Source: Methanobacteriota archaeon (GTDB lineage: Archaea; Methanobacteriota; Methanobacteria; Methanobacteriales; Methanobacteriaceae). Taken from it: a DNA stretch of 64,000 bases. Below are positions 11,072 through 21,152 of the stretch, piece by piece (within the stretch, counting starts at the first letter, position 1; each line of letters starts with the position of its first letter). The stretch lies in the NCBI GenBank assembly GCA_963787255.1, contig CAWBCJ010000010.1:148373-212372 (forward strand). Direction: 5' to 3'. The notes beneath the pieces were generated by a model that saw only the letters and a list, made by a program, of their open reading frames with translations, was not told the DNA's origin and searched no databases. A program made the position numbers and the translations under genes.

Positions 11072-11401
11072 GGAATCAGACGTGAATGCGCTCGCCGTCT
11101 TGGCACTGATTTTGGGGATGGGATTTGAAGACTTAAAAATAAGGAGATTTTTATCTCCTAACATTTTTAAGTGTGAGTACCTTTTTAAAAGTTTGATAGA
11201 AAAGCTTTTTAAATAGAATAAGAAATAAATTATAATATTATTCTTAAGTAGATTGCACATTATATTGAGGTTTATTAATAGCACTGATTCAATTGTAAAA
11301 AAATGCTGTGTTTTAGTTGATTCAGTAATTCAAACCCCTGATAAAGGCTTAAGATCCATTTCTATATTATAGCACCATACGATTTCATTAGAGGGTAAAC
11401 T

Positions 11402-11773
11402 TTGAGAAGGGGAAGAAGACCAAAATGGATGTTAAAGATAGCAGGAGAGAGAATTGATATTCTCTTTAAACTTGCAGAAGAATCCTTTGATAAACGCCCT
11501 GAAAGGTCAGATCGCTATGTTGAAATGGCAAGAAATATAGCTACCAAATATAATATGAGAATGCCAAGAATCTGGAAGAGGAGATTCTGTAAAAAATGTA
11601 ATAAATTCCTAAAACCTGGAAATAACTGCCAGATCAGGTTAAAGGATTCACGTGTTACTATAAAATGCCTTGAATGTGGAAATGTGGTTAACATTCCATA
11701 TATAATGGAGAAAAAGGATAAAAGGAGGAAAACTATTGAATCCTACATCATCAAAAAAGGAATTAATGAATAG
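11402..11773 (+). CDS. rnp4: Ribonuclease P protein component 4 (Rpp21)
   Basis: IAGERIDILF and the KRRFCKKC...CLECG zinc ribbon. Confidence 0.95.
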   Translation: MRRGRRPKWMLKIAGERIDILFKLAEESFDKRPERSDRYVEMARNIATKYNMRMPRIWKRRFCKKCNKFLKPGNNCQIRLKDSRVTIKCLECGNVVNIPYIMEKKDKRRKTIESYIIKKGINE

Positions 11774-11999
11774 ATCACTTTCAACAATCACCATAAATAT
11801 TGGAAAGTCTGGAATAAATGAAAATGTTATAGAAGAAATAAAAAGACAGCTTAAAGCTCACGAAGTAATAAAATTAAAATTTGCAAAAAATATATCTTCA
11901 GAGAAACAAAATTATATAAATAATATAATTGAAAAATCTAACTCTAAACTAATTGATTTAAGAGGAAATGTTGCTGTTATATTTAAAAGAAAGAGATAA
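11736..11999 (+). CDS. YhbY/CRS1 RNA-binding protein
   Basis: INIGKSGI...HEVIKLKF...RGNVAVIF; conserved position before rps19e. Confidence 0.9.
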   Translation: MNPTSSKKELMNRSLSTITINIGKSGINENVIEEIKRQLKAHEVIKLKFAKNISSEKQNYINNIIEKSNSKLIDLRGNVAVIFKRKR

Positions 12000-12013
12000 T
12001 TAGGAGGATTAAT

Positions 12014-12451
12014 ATGACTACAGTTTACGATGTACCTGCAGATTTGCTAATAAGTAATGTTGCAAAAGAATTAAGTGAAAATAAGAAAATTAACTCGCCA
12101 GAATGGGCTAAATTTGTTAAAACAGGAGTTCATAAAGAAAGAAGACCCGAAGACATGAACTGGTGGTACACACGATGTGCATCCATCTTAAGAAGAGTGT
12201 ACATAGATGGCCCTGTTGGACTAAACAGTCTAAGATCATACTACGGCGGAAAGAAGGACAACGGCACAAACCCTGAAAAATTCGCAAAAGGAAGCGGTTC
12301 TATAATACGAACAGCACTACATCAACTTGAAGATGCAGGATATGTAACAAAAATTAAAGAAGGAAGAATTATAACCCCTGAAGGTAAATCTTTCCTTGAT
12401 AACTCATCAAATATTGTTAAAAAAGAAGTTCCAGAACTTGCTAACTATTAA
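12014..12451 (+). CDS. rps19e: 30S ribosomal protein S19e
   Basis: [28 protein letters not shown]. Confidence 0.98.
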   Translation: MTTVYDVPADLLISNVAKELSENKKINSPEWAKFVKTGVHKERRPEDMNWWYTRCASILRRVYIDGPVGLNSLRSYYGGKKDNGTNPEKFAKGSGSIIRTALHQLEDAGYVTKIKEGRIITPEGKSFLDNSSNIVKKEVPELANY

Positions 12452-12491
12452 ATAAGTTGATCAGACTAAAAAATATCATGGAGGCGGGATT

Positions 12492-12827
12492 TTGAGCGAT
12501 ATTGAAGAATTAAGACGAAAAAGAATGCAAGAGCTACAACAACAGGCTGCAGCACAGCAGACAAATTCATATGAACAAGAACAGGCTCGCCAGCAATTAG
12601 AAGCTCAAAAAAGACAAGTTATGGTGCAAATACTGACTCCTGAAGCTAGAAGCCGACTTGCAAACCTTAGATTAACCCGACCAGAAATGGTTGAACAGCT
12701 CGAACTTCAACTTATTCAACTTGCCCAGGCGGGTCGAGTTAATGCAAAAATAACTGATGAACAGCTGAAACAACTCCTTAAAAATCTTTCTGGTCAAAAA
12801 AGAGAGATAAACATAACAAGAAGATGA
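12492..12827 (+). CDS. PDCD5-like DNA-binding protein
   Basis: [19 protein letters not shown]. Confidence 0.95.
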   Translation: MSDIEELRRKRMQELQQQAAAQQTNSYEQEQARQQLEAQKRQVMVQILTPEARSRLANLRLTRPEMVEQLELQLIQLAQAGRVNAKITDEQLKQLLKNLSGQKREINITRR

Positions 12828-13420
12828 AAACGTGTGTTCTCTACAGCGGGGGAAAAGACAGTTCCCTTATGGCTGTGATACTTCAAAAATTAGGTTATAA
12901 AATTGAACTGGTAACCTTAAACTTTGGAGTTTTCGATTCATTTAAACCGGCAGCACAATCAGCAGCATCCCTAGGCTTTAAACACCATATTTTAAAGGCA
13001 GATACAAAAATTGTTGAAAAAGCAACCAGAATAATCATTGATGATGGATTTCCCAACAATGGAATTAATTACATCCATAAAGAGGCGCTAGATATTGTCG
13101 CTTGTTATTACGATGTGGTTGCAGATGGAACAAGAAGGGATGACAGAATTCCTAAGCTGGAAGGAAGAGAAATAAACAGCCTTGAAAGCCGGAAAAATGT
13201 TGAATACTTGACTCTCCGTGGTTTTGGACATAAAACAATAAATAATTTATCTGAAAATCTCTTTGATGTCAAGAAAGAACAGACTAGCATGAAAAATAAC
13301 TCCGATTACGAGATTGAAATCAGATACCTTATAAACGAGATGGAAGGAAAAAAGTCAGCTGATAATATATTTCCAAGCCATATACAATCTAGAGTGGTAG
13401 GCTGGAAAAATGAAATTTAA
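12824..13420 (+). CDS. PP-loop superfamily protein conserved in the archaeal rps19e-rpl39e cluster
   Basis: SGGKDS PP-loop, [12 protein letters not shown]. Confidence 0.85.
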   Translation: MKTCVLYSGGKDSSLMAVILQKLGYKIELVTLNFGVFDSFKPAAQSAASLGFKHHILKADTKIVEKATRIIIDDGFPNNGINYIHKEALDIVACYYDVVADGTRRDDRIPKLEGREINSLESRKNVEYLTLRGFGHKTINNLSENLFDVKKEQTSMKNNSDYEIEIRYLINEMEGKKSADNIFPSHIQSRVVGWKNEI

Positions 13421-13462
13421 TGCAATCATTAAATAACATAATAAGACTAACGTGGTGAAAAA

Positions 13463-13618
13463 ATGAGTAGAAATAGACCATTAGCTAAGAAATTAAGGCT
13501 TGCTAAGGCCAACAAGCAGAATAGGCGTGTACCTTTATGGGTAATGCTTAAGACTAACAGAAAAGTAAGGACTCATCCAAAGATGAGACACTGGAGAAGA
13601 AATAGCTTAAAAGTGTAA
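13463..13618 (+). CDS. rpl39e: 50S ribosomal protein L39e (not in the ORF track)
   Basis: [51 protein letters not shown]. Confidence 0.97.
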   Translation: MSRNRPLAKKLRLAKANKQNRRVPLWVMLKTNRKVRTHPKMRHWRRNSLKV

Positions 13619-13631
13619 GGGGATTTATATT

Positions 13632-13877
13632 ATGGAAAGAGTCTATGTTATACCACTAAGAAAAGTAAAAAACGTTCCAAGGACTATCCGGTCCCCAAGA
13701 GCAATACGTTACGTAAAAGAATTCATAAAAAGACATATGAAAACAGATGATATTAAAATTGACGCTTCTGTTAACGAAAAAATATGGGAAAGGGGAATCC
13801 AGAAAATACCTCCAAAAATTAAAGTTAAAGCTGTAAAAGATGAAGACGGTTCAGTTGCAGTCACCTTGGTAGAATAG
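13632..13877 (+). CDS. rpl31e: 50S ribosomal protein L31e
   Basis: [24 protein letters not shown]. Confidence 0.97.
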   Translation: MERVYVIPLRKVKNVPRTIRSPRAIRYVKEFIKRHMKTDDIKIDASVNEKIWERGIQKIPPKIKVKAVKDEDGSVAVTLVE

Positions 13878-13887
13878 GTGAAATTTA

Positions 13888-14562
13888 ATGATTAGAAGAG
13901 CTAATTTAAATGGGAATCCCAATCTGGGAGTTGCAATTTCAACAACCGATAAAATTGCGATAGTTCCCTCTAATTTATCAGAAGTATTGGAAAATTTAAT
14001 AGCAGATGCTCTAGAAGTTTCTGTAATTAAAACACCGATTAGCGGAAGCAATCTGGCCGGAGCATTGGCAGTTGGGAATTCAAATGGTTTTTTAGTATCT
14101 CCATATGCTCTTGACAGTGAAATTAATGCTATTAAAGAGTTTGACGTGGAAGTGGAAAGAATTCCAGACCGTTTCACAGCCGTAGGTAATATTATACTGG
14201 TCAACGATTTTGGAGCAGTTGTAAATCCACTGCTTTCTGATAAATCCTTGGAAGTAATCAGCGATGTTTTAGACGTTGAAGTAGAGCGAGGAAATATAGC
14301 TAAATTCAAAATCACAGGATCTGTAGCTGTAGCTACAAATAAAGGAGTATTAGCACACCCTTCTGCAACTGAAGATGAACTTGCATTTGTAGAGGGTATA
14401 TTAAAAACTCCTGCAGACATTGGAACAGTAAATAAAGGTATTAAGCTTGTTGGGGCATGCGCAGTGGCGAATTCCAATGGTGTTATCGTGGGACTAGACA
14501 CAACAGGCCCAGAACTTGCAAGAATTGAAGAAGCACTAGGTTTTCTTGAGGGATATGAATGA
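13888..14562 (+). CDS. eif6: Translation initiation factor 6 (aIF6)
   Basis: Pentein repeats, GTVNKG, TTGPEL. Confidence 0.97.
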   Translation: MIRRANLNGNPNLGVAISTTDKIAIVPSNLSEVLENLIADALEVSVIKTPISGSNLAGALAVGNSNGFLVSPYALDSEINAIKEFDVEVERIPDRFTAVGNIILVNDFGAVVNPLLSDKSLEVISDVLDVEVERGNIAKFKITGSVAVATNKGVLAHPSATEDELAFVEGILKTPADIGTVNKGIKLVGACAVANSNGVIVGLDTTGPELARIEEALGFLEGYE

Positions 14563-14783
14563 AAACAAAAATATTTAGAATTCAAGGTAAATTTATGATG
14601 GGAAATAAATATAAACCCTTCACCAAAGAGTTAAAAGCTATTAACGAAGAAGATATACAAGAAAAGATTTACTCCGACTTTGGAAGTAGACACGGAATCA
14701 AGAGAAACAAAATAATCATAGAAGATATTAAAGAAATCTCTAAAGATGAAGTACAAGATCCAATAGTTAAAGCCTTGATCTGA
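14559..14783 (+). CDS. rpl18a: 50S ribosomal protein L18Ae/LX
   Basis: FTKEL...YSDFGSRHGIKR. Confidence 0.95.
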   Translation: MKTKIFRIQGKFMMGNKYKPFTKELKAINEEDIQEKIYSDFGSRHGIKRNKIIIEDIKEISKDEVQDPIVKALI

Positions 14784-14792
14784 GGTGTTCAC

Positions 14793-15227
14793 GTGGATGA
14801 TAGACAAAAGCTCGAACAGATGGTAAATGAAATAAACATGTACCAGGGTCAACTGGACATTTTAAACCAGCAAATAGAAACGGTTAAAGCTTCATTAAGT
14901 GAATTAACATCTGCTGAAGAGACTTTAAACTCAATTGAAGGAAAGGAAGGTACTGAAACATTTGTACCAATTGGTGCAGGTTCATTTATCATTACCGAGC
15001 TTAAAAATACAGATAAGGTTATAATGGGGCTTGGAGCCGGCGCTGCCGCTAAAAAAAGCGTTGAAGAAGCTAAAGAAACCATATCTTCACAGAAAAAAGA
15101 GTTAGAAGAGCTCATGAATAAAATGAGTGGGGATATACAAAAATTAACAGACTTCATTGTAAGAAAAAGCCCGGAAGCAGAGGCACTACTTAGGAAACTG
15201 GAAGACCAGGAAGCAGGGCAACAATAA
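14793..15227 (+). CDS. pfdA: Prefoldin alpha subunit
   Basis: Coiled coils with the VPIGAGSF and MGLGAG hairpins. Confidence 0.95.
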   Translation: MDDRQKLEQMVNEINMYQGQLDILNQQIETVKASLSELTSAEETLNSIEGKEGTETFVPIGAGSFIITELKNTDKVIMGLGAGAAAKKSVEEAKETISSQKKELEELMNKMSGDIQKLTDFIVRKSPEAEALLRKLEDQEAGQQ

Positions 15228-15260
15228 AATTATTTTTAATTCTGGAAATCTAAAAAGGAA

Positions 15261-16445
15261 GTGGATATTTTGTTTGAATCACTTAAAAAGAAATTCAGCG
15301 GTACTGTAGGAAAGATAAGTGATAAATTCTCAGTCGAGGAAGAAACAGAAGAAAACGCTCCTGTAGAAAAAAATCCAGAAGAAGTAAAAAAAGAAGAGCC
15401 TGAAGAAACCTTTGAAAAACTGGAAGAAATTCAAAAACCAGCTGAAGAAAAGGAAACCGAAGGAGTTAGAGGAAAATTATCTGGAATTTTTTCCAGGGAA
15501 AAAAAGGAAGAAAAATCTGAAGAAAACCCCGAAGAAACTCCCAAAGAGATTGAAGAAGAAACAGAAGAAGAATCAGGAATATTCTCTTTTGTCACCCAAA
15601 AAACAATTTCTGAAAAAGATATTGAAGATATACTCTTTGAACTTGAAATGTCTTTACTTGAAAGTGATGTTGCCCTTGAAGTTGCAGAAAAGATTATTAA
15701 TTCTGTAAAGGAAGACCTTGTGGGTAAAAAAATTAAAAGAAGAAGTGACGTAGCAGAATTTACGCGGGCTGCCCTTAGAAAAGCAGTATCTGAAATACTT
15801 GGTGTTGAAACTCGAGATCTTAAAGAAATGGCTGAAAACGCACGAAAAACCGGTGAACCCCTTAAAATCATGTTTGTAGGGATTAATGGTACTGGAAAAA
15901 CAACTACAATTGCTAAAATAGCTACATTTTTCATAAATGAAGGATATACTCCAGTAATCGCTGCTTCTGACACTTTTAGAGCCGGCGCTATCGAGCAGAT
16001 TGGGCACCATGCTGAAAATATCGGGGTAAAACTAATAAAACATAAAAAAGGTGCAGATCCTGCTGCAGTGGCTTATGATGCTGTTGAACACGCAAGAGCA
16101 AAAGGAAAAGAAATAGTTCTAATTGATACTGCTGGTAGAATGCAGACAAATGTGAACCTAATGGATGAAATGAAAAAGATTAAGCGTGTTGTAAAGCCTG
16201 ATATTATAGTTTACGTTGGTGATTCTCTTACAGGAAACGATGCAGTTGATCAGGCCTCTAAATTTGATGATGCTGTGGGTATTGATGGAATAATTCTTAC
16301 CAAAGCTGATGCAGATGCAAAAGGTGGTGCTGCACTTTCCATCGGATACGTAATTAATAAACCAATACTATTTTTAGGTATTGGACAATCATATGATGAT
16401 ATAATGGAATTTAAGCCTGATTGGATGGTTGATCAGTTAATTTAA
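15261..16445 (+). CDS. ftsY: SRP receptor FtsY
   Basis: Acidic N-terminus; GINGTGKTT, DTFRAGA, DTAGR and TKAD motifs. Confidence 0.97.
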   Translation: MDILFESLKKKFSGTVGKISDKFSVEEETEENAPVEKNPEEVKKEEPEETFEKLEEIQKPAEEKETEGVRGKLSGIFSREKKEEKSEENPEETPKEIEEETEEESGIFSFVTQKTISEKDIEDILFELEMSLLESDVALEVAEKIINSVKEDLVGKKIKRRSDVAEFTRAALRKAVSEILGVETRDLKEMAENARKTGEPLKIMFVGINGTGKTTTIAKIATFFINEGYTPVIAASDTFRAGAIEQIGHHAENIGVKLIKHKKGADPAAVAYDAVEHARAKGKEIVLIDTAGRMQTNVNLMDEMKKIKRVVKPDIIVYVGDSLTGNDAVDQASKFDDAVGIDGIILTKADADAKGGAALSIGYVINKPILFLGIGQSYDDIMEFKPDWMVDQLI

Positions 16446-16536
16446 ATTAATCATAAAGATATTTTTGAGTATTGTAAAAATCTTCTTTACAGTACCGCTT
16501 AAAATATTAAAATTAATAAAAGTAGGAGTGAATAAA

Positions 16537-16629
16537 ATGTCAAAAGTTAAAGGAACTAAAGTTAGAACAAGGCAAAAAAAGACTTATAAAAAAGCTGGAA
16601 GTAAAAGAGGAAGAGCTTGTAAGCACTAA
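16537..16629 (+). CDS. 30-aa highly basic small protein
   Basis: MSKVKGTKVRTRQKKTYKKAGSKRGRACKH; AGGAGTGA SD just upstream. Confidence 0.65.
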   Translation: MSKVKGTKVRTRQKKTYKKAGSKRGRACKH

Positions 16630-16967
16630 AATTAATGAAATTAAATTATTTACGAATGTTTCAATACTATATGATGCTAATTTTCTTTAGGTATCATATA
16701 TTTAGAGATTTACCTGCTGATTTAAGCAATTAAAATAAAATATATTGCTTATTAATCTTCCTCGGTAATATATACTATTCTTTTATAATTCAAAAGCTTT
16801 TAAGCTCTATTTTTTTTTATATTGTTCATTTGGAACAATATATAATCTCTTTTTTTATTTTTTGTGATATTAGTTGTTTAAGAACGTCTATTAGGTTTTA
16901 TTAAGTTTTATTTTATCCTGTAATCATTATTATTTGTATAATGTAACTCTTTTTTTTGATTGTTTAG

Positions 16968-17252
16968 TTATATTTGGATGTTTTTATAATTGAATGGTAC
17001 AACTTCTTTAATTTCCACATTAAGTGGTTTAAAAAAGCTTTTTATATTTTTAGCATTTTCAGTATTTATTATGTAAAATCCTTTATGGGTGGAGTGTTTT
17101 TCTTTTGGACAGCTAATATAAGCTTCTTCTAGTTTAATGTTATGCTTTTTTATATTTTTTTCAGAAAAAATCTCTTTAAGCATTTCCACACCTTCATCTG
17201 TTTTAAGGGGGCATTTTTTACCATCATGTTTATTTGTAGCAGCAAATAATAT
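16968..17252 (-). CDS. Hypothetical protein; the frame extends to an ATA at 17252 behind a GAGGTGA SD
   Basis: Frame open 21 codons upstream of the called GTG: (I)LFAATNKHDGKKCPLKTDEGVEMLKE. Confidence 0.55.
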   Translation of the reverse strand: MLFAATNKHDGKKCPLKTDEGVEMLKEIFSEKNIKKHNIKLEEAYISCPKEKHSTHKGFYIINTENAKNIKSFFKPLNVEIKEVVPFNYKNIQI

Positions 17253-17386
17253 AAAATCACCTCGATTTATTACTAAGTTCTTTGAAATATTTAATTTTAT
17301 AGAAAATGAATAAATAAATGAAAATTAGCATTAACTTAAATATTAGATGAACAAATTAATTTCTAGATAAAAATATACTATTTTTT

Positions 17387-18235
17387 TTGAGTGATTTCAT
17401 GAACGCATATTTAGAGATTTTAAGGCCAGGAAATGCAGTAATGGCAGTAATAGCAATTCTTTTAATGATAATTATAAGTGGAAATATTACATTAGATGCA
17501 TTTTTAGCAGGTTTCGTTGTTTTCATTCTTACCGGTGCAGGGAACGCTATAAACGATTATTTTGACTACAAAATTGATGCTATTAATAAACCGAAGAGAC
17601 CAATTCCTTCTGGAAGAATTTCAAGAAAGTCTGCAGGAATTTATTCCATTTCCCTTTTTGTAATTGGAATCATAGTAGCATTTTTCATCAGCTTTTTACT
17701 GGGTATGATAGCACTTTTAAGCTCATTTTTAATGATTTATTATGCCTACTCTCTTAAAAGAAAAATTATAATTGGAAATTTAAGTGTTTCATTTCTTACA
17801 GGTCTTTGTTTTGTATTTGGAGGAATAGCTGTTGGCGAAATCATTATTTCAATTTACTTAGGGTTCTACGCATTCTTAATGACCATGGCACGGGAAATAG
17901 TAAAAGACATGGAAGATGTGGAAGGAGACAAAAAAGAGGGCGCGACAACATTACCGATTATCTATGGAATGAAAACATCATCAATACTTGCAGCAGCCTT
18001 CATGATAACAGCAAGTATAACCAGCCCTGTGCTTTATTTTATAGGAATTTTCAATATTCTTTACTTAGTAGTACTTGCTATTGCTATTTACATATTTATA
18101 GTAGGTGCGGTCTCACTATTAAAAGATCAATCAGTTAAAAATTCAGCAAAGGTGTCAAAAAGAATTAAAATCGGTATGGGAATAACTTTTCTGGCTTTTG
18201 CTGTTGGATCACCAGTTCTAGCAAGCTTATTATAG
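17387..18235 (+). CDS. Digeranylgeranylglyceryl phosphate synthase (UbiA family; start probably ATG 17399)
   Basis: RPGN, NDYFDYKIDAINKPKRPIPSG, REIVKDMEDVEGD. Confidence 0.9.
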   Translation: MSDFMNAYLEILRPGNAVMAVIAILLMIIISGNITLDAFLAGFVVFILTGAGNAINDYFDYKIDAINKPKRPIPSGRISRKSAGIYSISLFVIGIIVAFFISFLLGMIALLSSFLMIYYAYSLKRKIIIGNLSVSFLTGLCFVFGGIAVGEIIISIYLGFYAFLMTMAREIVKDMEDVEGDKKEGATTLPIIYGMKTSSILAAAFMITASITSPVLYFIGIFNILYLVVLAIAIYIFIVGAVSLLKDQSVKNSAKVSKRIKIGMGITFLAFAVGSPVLASLL

Positions 18236-18323
18236 ATAGTAACTTAAATAGATAGAAATATTAATTGGAATATTCAAAATTTTCTATTGAACTAGTTGGG
18301 AGGGGTTCAATATCTTAGAAAAT

Positions 18324-19712
18324 TTGAAAAATAATCAGAAATTAACTATTTTTATAATTTCACTCGCTTCTTTTATGGGTTTTTTTGATATTTCAATTGT
18401 TAATGTTTCTCTTCCCACAATTGCAAGATATTTCAGTGTTGATATCGGCATGGTTACATGGGTTGTTATAATCTATGTTCTGGCCATTAGCAGCTTCCTC
18501 ATAGCTTTTGGGAGTTTAGCAGATAGAAAAGGATATAAAAAAATTTTTCTTACAGGATTCGCTGTTTTTATAACCGGATCTTTTCTAAGTGGTATTGCCC
18601 CAACATTCGACTTGCTCATACTGTTTAGATTCGTACAGGCAACTGGAGCTGCCATGTTCACAGCTCTTACAGCTGCAATGGTTACTGCTTACCTTCCTGC
18701 TGAAAAGAGAGGTCGGTATATGGGATATGTAGCCACATTCGCATCAGTTGGCTTTGCATTTGGTCCGGTAATTGGAGGGTTTCTAACACAATATCTAAGC
18801 TGGAACTGGATTTTTTTCATCAATGTCCCCATAGGAATCATAGGTATTATTTTAGGGTTAAGTGTTTTACATGAAAAAGAAAAAAAGCAATTCAAAAAGC
18901 GTTTTGATTTTATAGGGGTAATATTGCTTCTATTGGCTCAAACTACTCTAATATTTGCGCTTAATAGAGGTTTACAGTTAGGCTGGACTTCACCAACTAT
19001 TTTGTTAAGCGTAGGCACATCTATTATTTCATGGATACTCTTCATCTGGAGAGAATCCAGATATTCTGAACCAATTTTAAAGCTTGATTTGTTCCGCAAC
19101 AGAAAGATAAGTCTGGCGACTTTTGGTAATTTCTTTTTTAATATGCCCAATGCGGGAATATTGGTACTTATACCCTTCTATTTAGAACTTGTTAAAGGAC
19201 TTCAAGTTAGTCAGGTGGGATTAATACTTTCAGTTGCTGCTATTGCTGTGATAATAATAGGACCTATTGCGGGCCGTATTTCTGATAGAGTTGAACCTAA
19301 CCGGGTTACAGCGGTTGGGGCGTTAATAGGGGTAATATCACTATTTTTATTCTCTACCTTTGGGATAGATAGCACTATTCCCTATATAGTAATGGTCTTT
19401 TTCATATTAGGTGCATCAATAGCGGTTTTTAATCCGCCTAATATGAAGTTTATAATGGGAGAAAGTCCTGAAGAAATGAGAGCAGTAACTTCTGGAATTG
19501 TAACTACGGCTAGAATGACTGCAAACGCGTTTGGGATAGCTATATTACAAACAGTCGCTGTCATTTCAATATATTTAACCTCAAATGGGACAGCTAATGT
19601 TAAAAATATTAGCCCTGACCTTATAGTAGTTGGATTTCACGATGCTTTTCTGGTAGGGGCATTCATTTTAATAATTGCTCTATTTTTGATATTGCTCATT
19701 AGAAAAAATTAG
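18324..19712 (+). CDS. MFS transporter, DHA2 (14-TM) efflux type
   Basis: DISIVNVSLP, motif A GSLADRKGYKK, WIFFINVPIG. Confidence 0.9.
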   Translation: MKNNQKLTIFIISLASFMGFFDISIVNVSLPTIARYFSVDIGMVTWVVIIYVLAISSFLIAFGSLADRKGYKKIFLTGFAVFITGSFLSGIAPTFDLLILFRFVQATGAAMFTALTAAMVTAYLPAEKRGRYMGYVATFASVGFAFGPVIGGFLTQYLSWNWIFFINVPIGIIGIILGLSVLHEKEKKQFKKRFDFIGVILLLLAQTTLIFALNRGLQLGWTSPTILLSVGTSIISWILFIWRESRYSEPILKLDLFRNRKISLATFGNFFFNMPNAGILVLIPFYLELVKGLQVSQVGLILSVAAIAVIIIGPIAGRISDRVEPNRVTAVGALIGVISLFLFSTFGIDSTIPYIVMVFFILGASIAVFNPPNMKFIMGESPEEMRAVTSGIVTTARMTANAFGIAILQTVAVISIYLTSNGTANVKNISPDLIVVGFHDAFLVGAFILIIALFLILLIRKN

Positions 19713-19728
19713 GAGGTATATTTATTTC

Positions 19729-20124
19729 ATGGAACTTAAACCAATAGGAATTATTAATTCTCCATATAAAAAAAAGGAAGATGCCCCTCGCCAGGGACGT
19801 TATTCTGATAAATTAAGTAAAATTACAGTTTTTGATGAATATTTAGAAGGAATCCAGGATATTCAGCGTCATAACTATTATTATATTCTTTACTGGTTAG
19901 ATAAGGCTGAACGTGATAAGTTAAAAGGAATTCCTCCAGGAAAAACTAAAGAAAGGGGAGTCTTTTCTATTAGATCTCCCATTCGACCAAATCCAATTGC
20001 TTTATGTTTAGTTGAATTGATCAATGTAGAAAGAAACGTTTTGACAGTAAAATGGCTTGATGCACTTGATGGTTCTCCGATTGTTGATATTAAGCCTTTC
20101 TGGCCTGAAACGGACTGTATATGA
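19729..20124 (+). CDS. tsaA: TsaA/TrmO (YaeB)-like SAM-binding protein
   Basis: PIGII.SPY..PRQG, RGVFSIRSP.RPNPI, LDALDGSPIVDIKP. Confidence 0.85.
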   Translation: MELKPIGIINSPYKKKEDAPRQGRYSDKLSKITVFDEYLEGIQDIQRHNYYYILYWLDKAERDKLKGIPPGKTKERGVFSIRSPIRPNPIALCLVELINVERNVLTVKWLDALDGSPIVDIKPFWPETDCI

Positions 20125-20183
20125 AAAAAATTATAAATTTAGAAAATTAATAAATTATACATAATAGAAATTGGGGAGAAATA

Positions 20184-20909
20184 ATGGCAGCCGATAAAGA
20201 TAAAATGAAGATTAAGATCTTAAAAGATGGTCCATATGCAGTTTCAGGAGGAATACCGCTTCTTGAACAGGTAATTACAACAGATGAAGCTGGTCACACT
20301 CGTGAGCTGCAGGATGTCAGAGAATATCCATATCGAGAAAGATATACTCTCTGTCGCTGTGGTGCATCAAAAAATAAGCCTTACTGTGATGGTAATCATA
20401 ATAAGATCGATTTTGACGGCACTGAAACAGCAAGTAGAAAGCCTTACATAGAAAAAGCAGAGATTTTTGAAGGGAAAGACTTAAAGTTAACAGATGCTCA
20501 CGAATTCTGCGATCATTCACGGTTCTGCCTCCGATCAGGTGGAATAAGGGAATTACTACAAAAACCAGATGATCCAGAGGCCAGACAAACTGCTATTGAA
20601 GAAGCCATGGTTTGCCCTTCTGGAAGGCTTGTTTTATGGGATAAAGAAACTGGAAAGCCATTTGAAAAAGAGTTTGAACCATCAATTGTTATGGTTCATG
20701 ATAAACAGAAAGGATGTGAAGGTCCAATATGGATTAGGGGGGGAATTCCTGTTGAATCTGCTGATGGAACTATGTATGAAGTTCGTAATCGGCAAACTCT
20801 TTGTCGTTGTGGTAAATCTGAAAATAAGCCATACTGTGACGGAAGTCATTGGATGACTGCAGAGCAGAAAATAAAGTTCCGTAAAAAATGGGGACTTGAT
20901 GAAAAATAA
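20184..20909 (+). CDS. CDGSH iron-sulfur protein (two CDGSH domains around a divergent 4Fe-4S domain)
   Basis: CRCG.S.NKPYCDG(N/S)H twice; central CDHSRFC...CPSG. Confidence 0.9.
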   Translation: MAADKDKMKIKILKDGPYAVSGGIPLLEQVITTDEAGHTRELQDVREYPYRERYTLCRCGASKNKPYCDGNHNKIDFDGTETASRKPYIEKAEIFEGKDLKLTDAHEFCDHSRFCLRSGGIRELLQKPDDPEARQTAIEEAMVCPSGRLVLWDKETGKPFEKEFEPSIVMVHDKQKGCEGPIWIRGGIPVESADGTMYEVRNRQTLCRCGKSENKPYCDGSHWMTAEQKIKFRKKWGLDEK

Positions 20910-21152
20910 TAGTTTTCATTTTTCGCTTTTATTGTGAAATTATTTCAGACATAAAAATCCACTAATGTAATAAATTGTTTTTAAATAATATATGAAATTC
21001 AATGTATTAAATTAAAGAATAAGTTAATGAATAAAGTTTTTATACCATCAGATTTGATATTAAGGAATAATGATTGAATACTAATTTCTCAATAGAGAAT
21101 TTTATAGTATTTATATAAAAGTTTAACCAAAAATATTGGAGAATGAAACTAA

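Noticed and set aside
10997-11130. tRNA or known structural RNA in the GC-rich patch
   Set aside because: No cloverleaf, T-loop or recognisable SRP/RNase P features; attC-like ends fit better
11066-11284. 72-aa minus-strand ORF
   Set aside because: Low-complexity AT-rich translation overlapping the attC-like end; probably spurious
13851-14585. Long antisense ORF (and similar shadows over aglB, ftsY, acs, cdc48 and others)
   Set aside because: Antisense shadows of well-supported genes caused by codon bias
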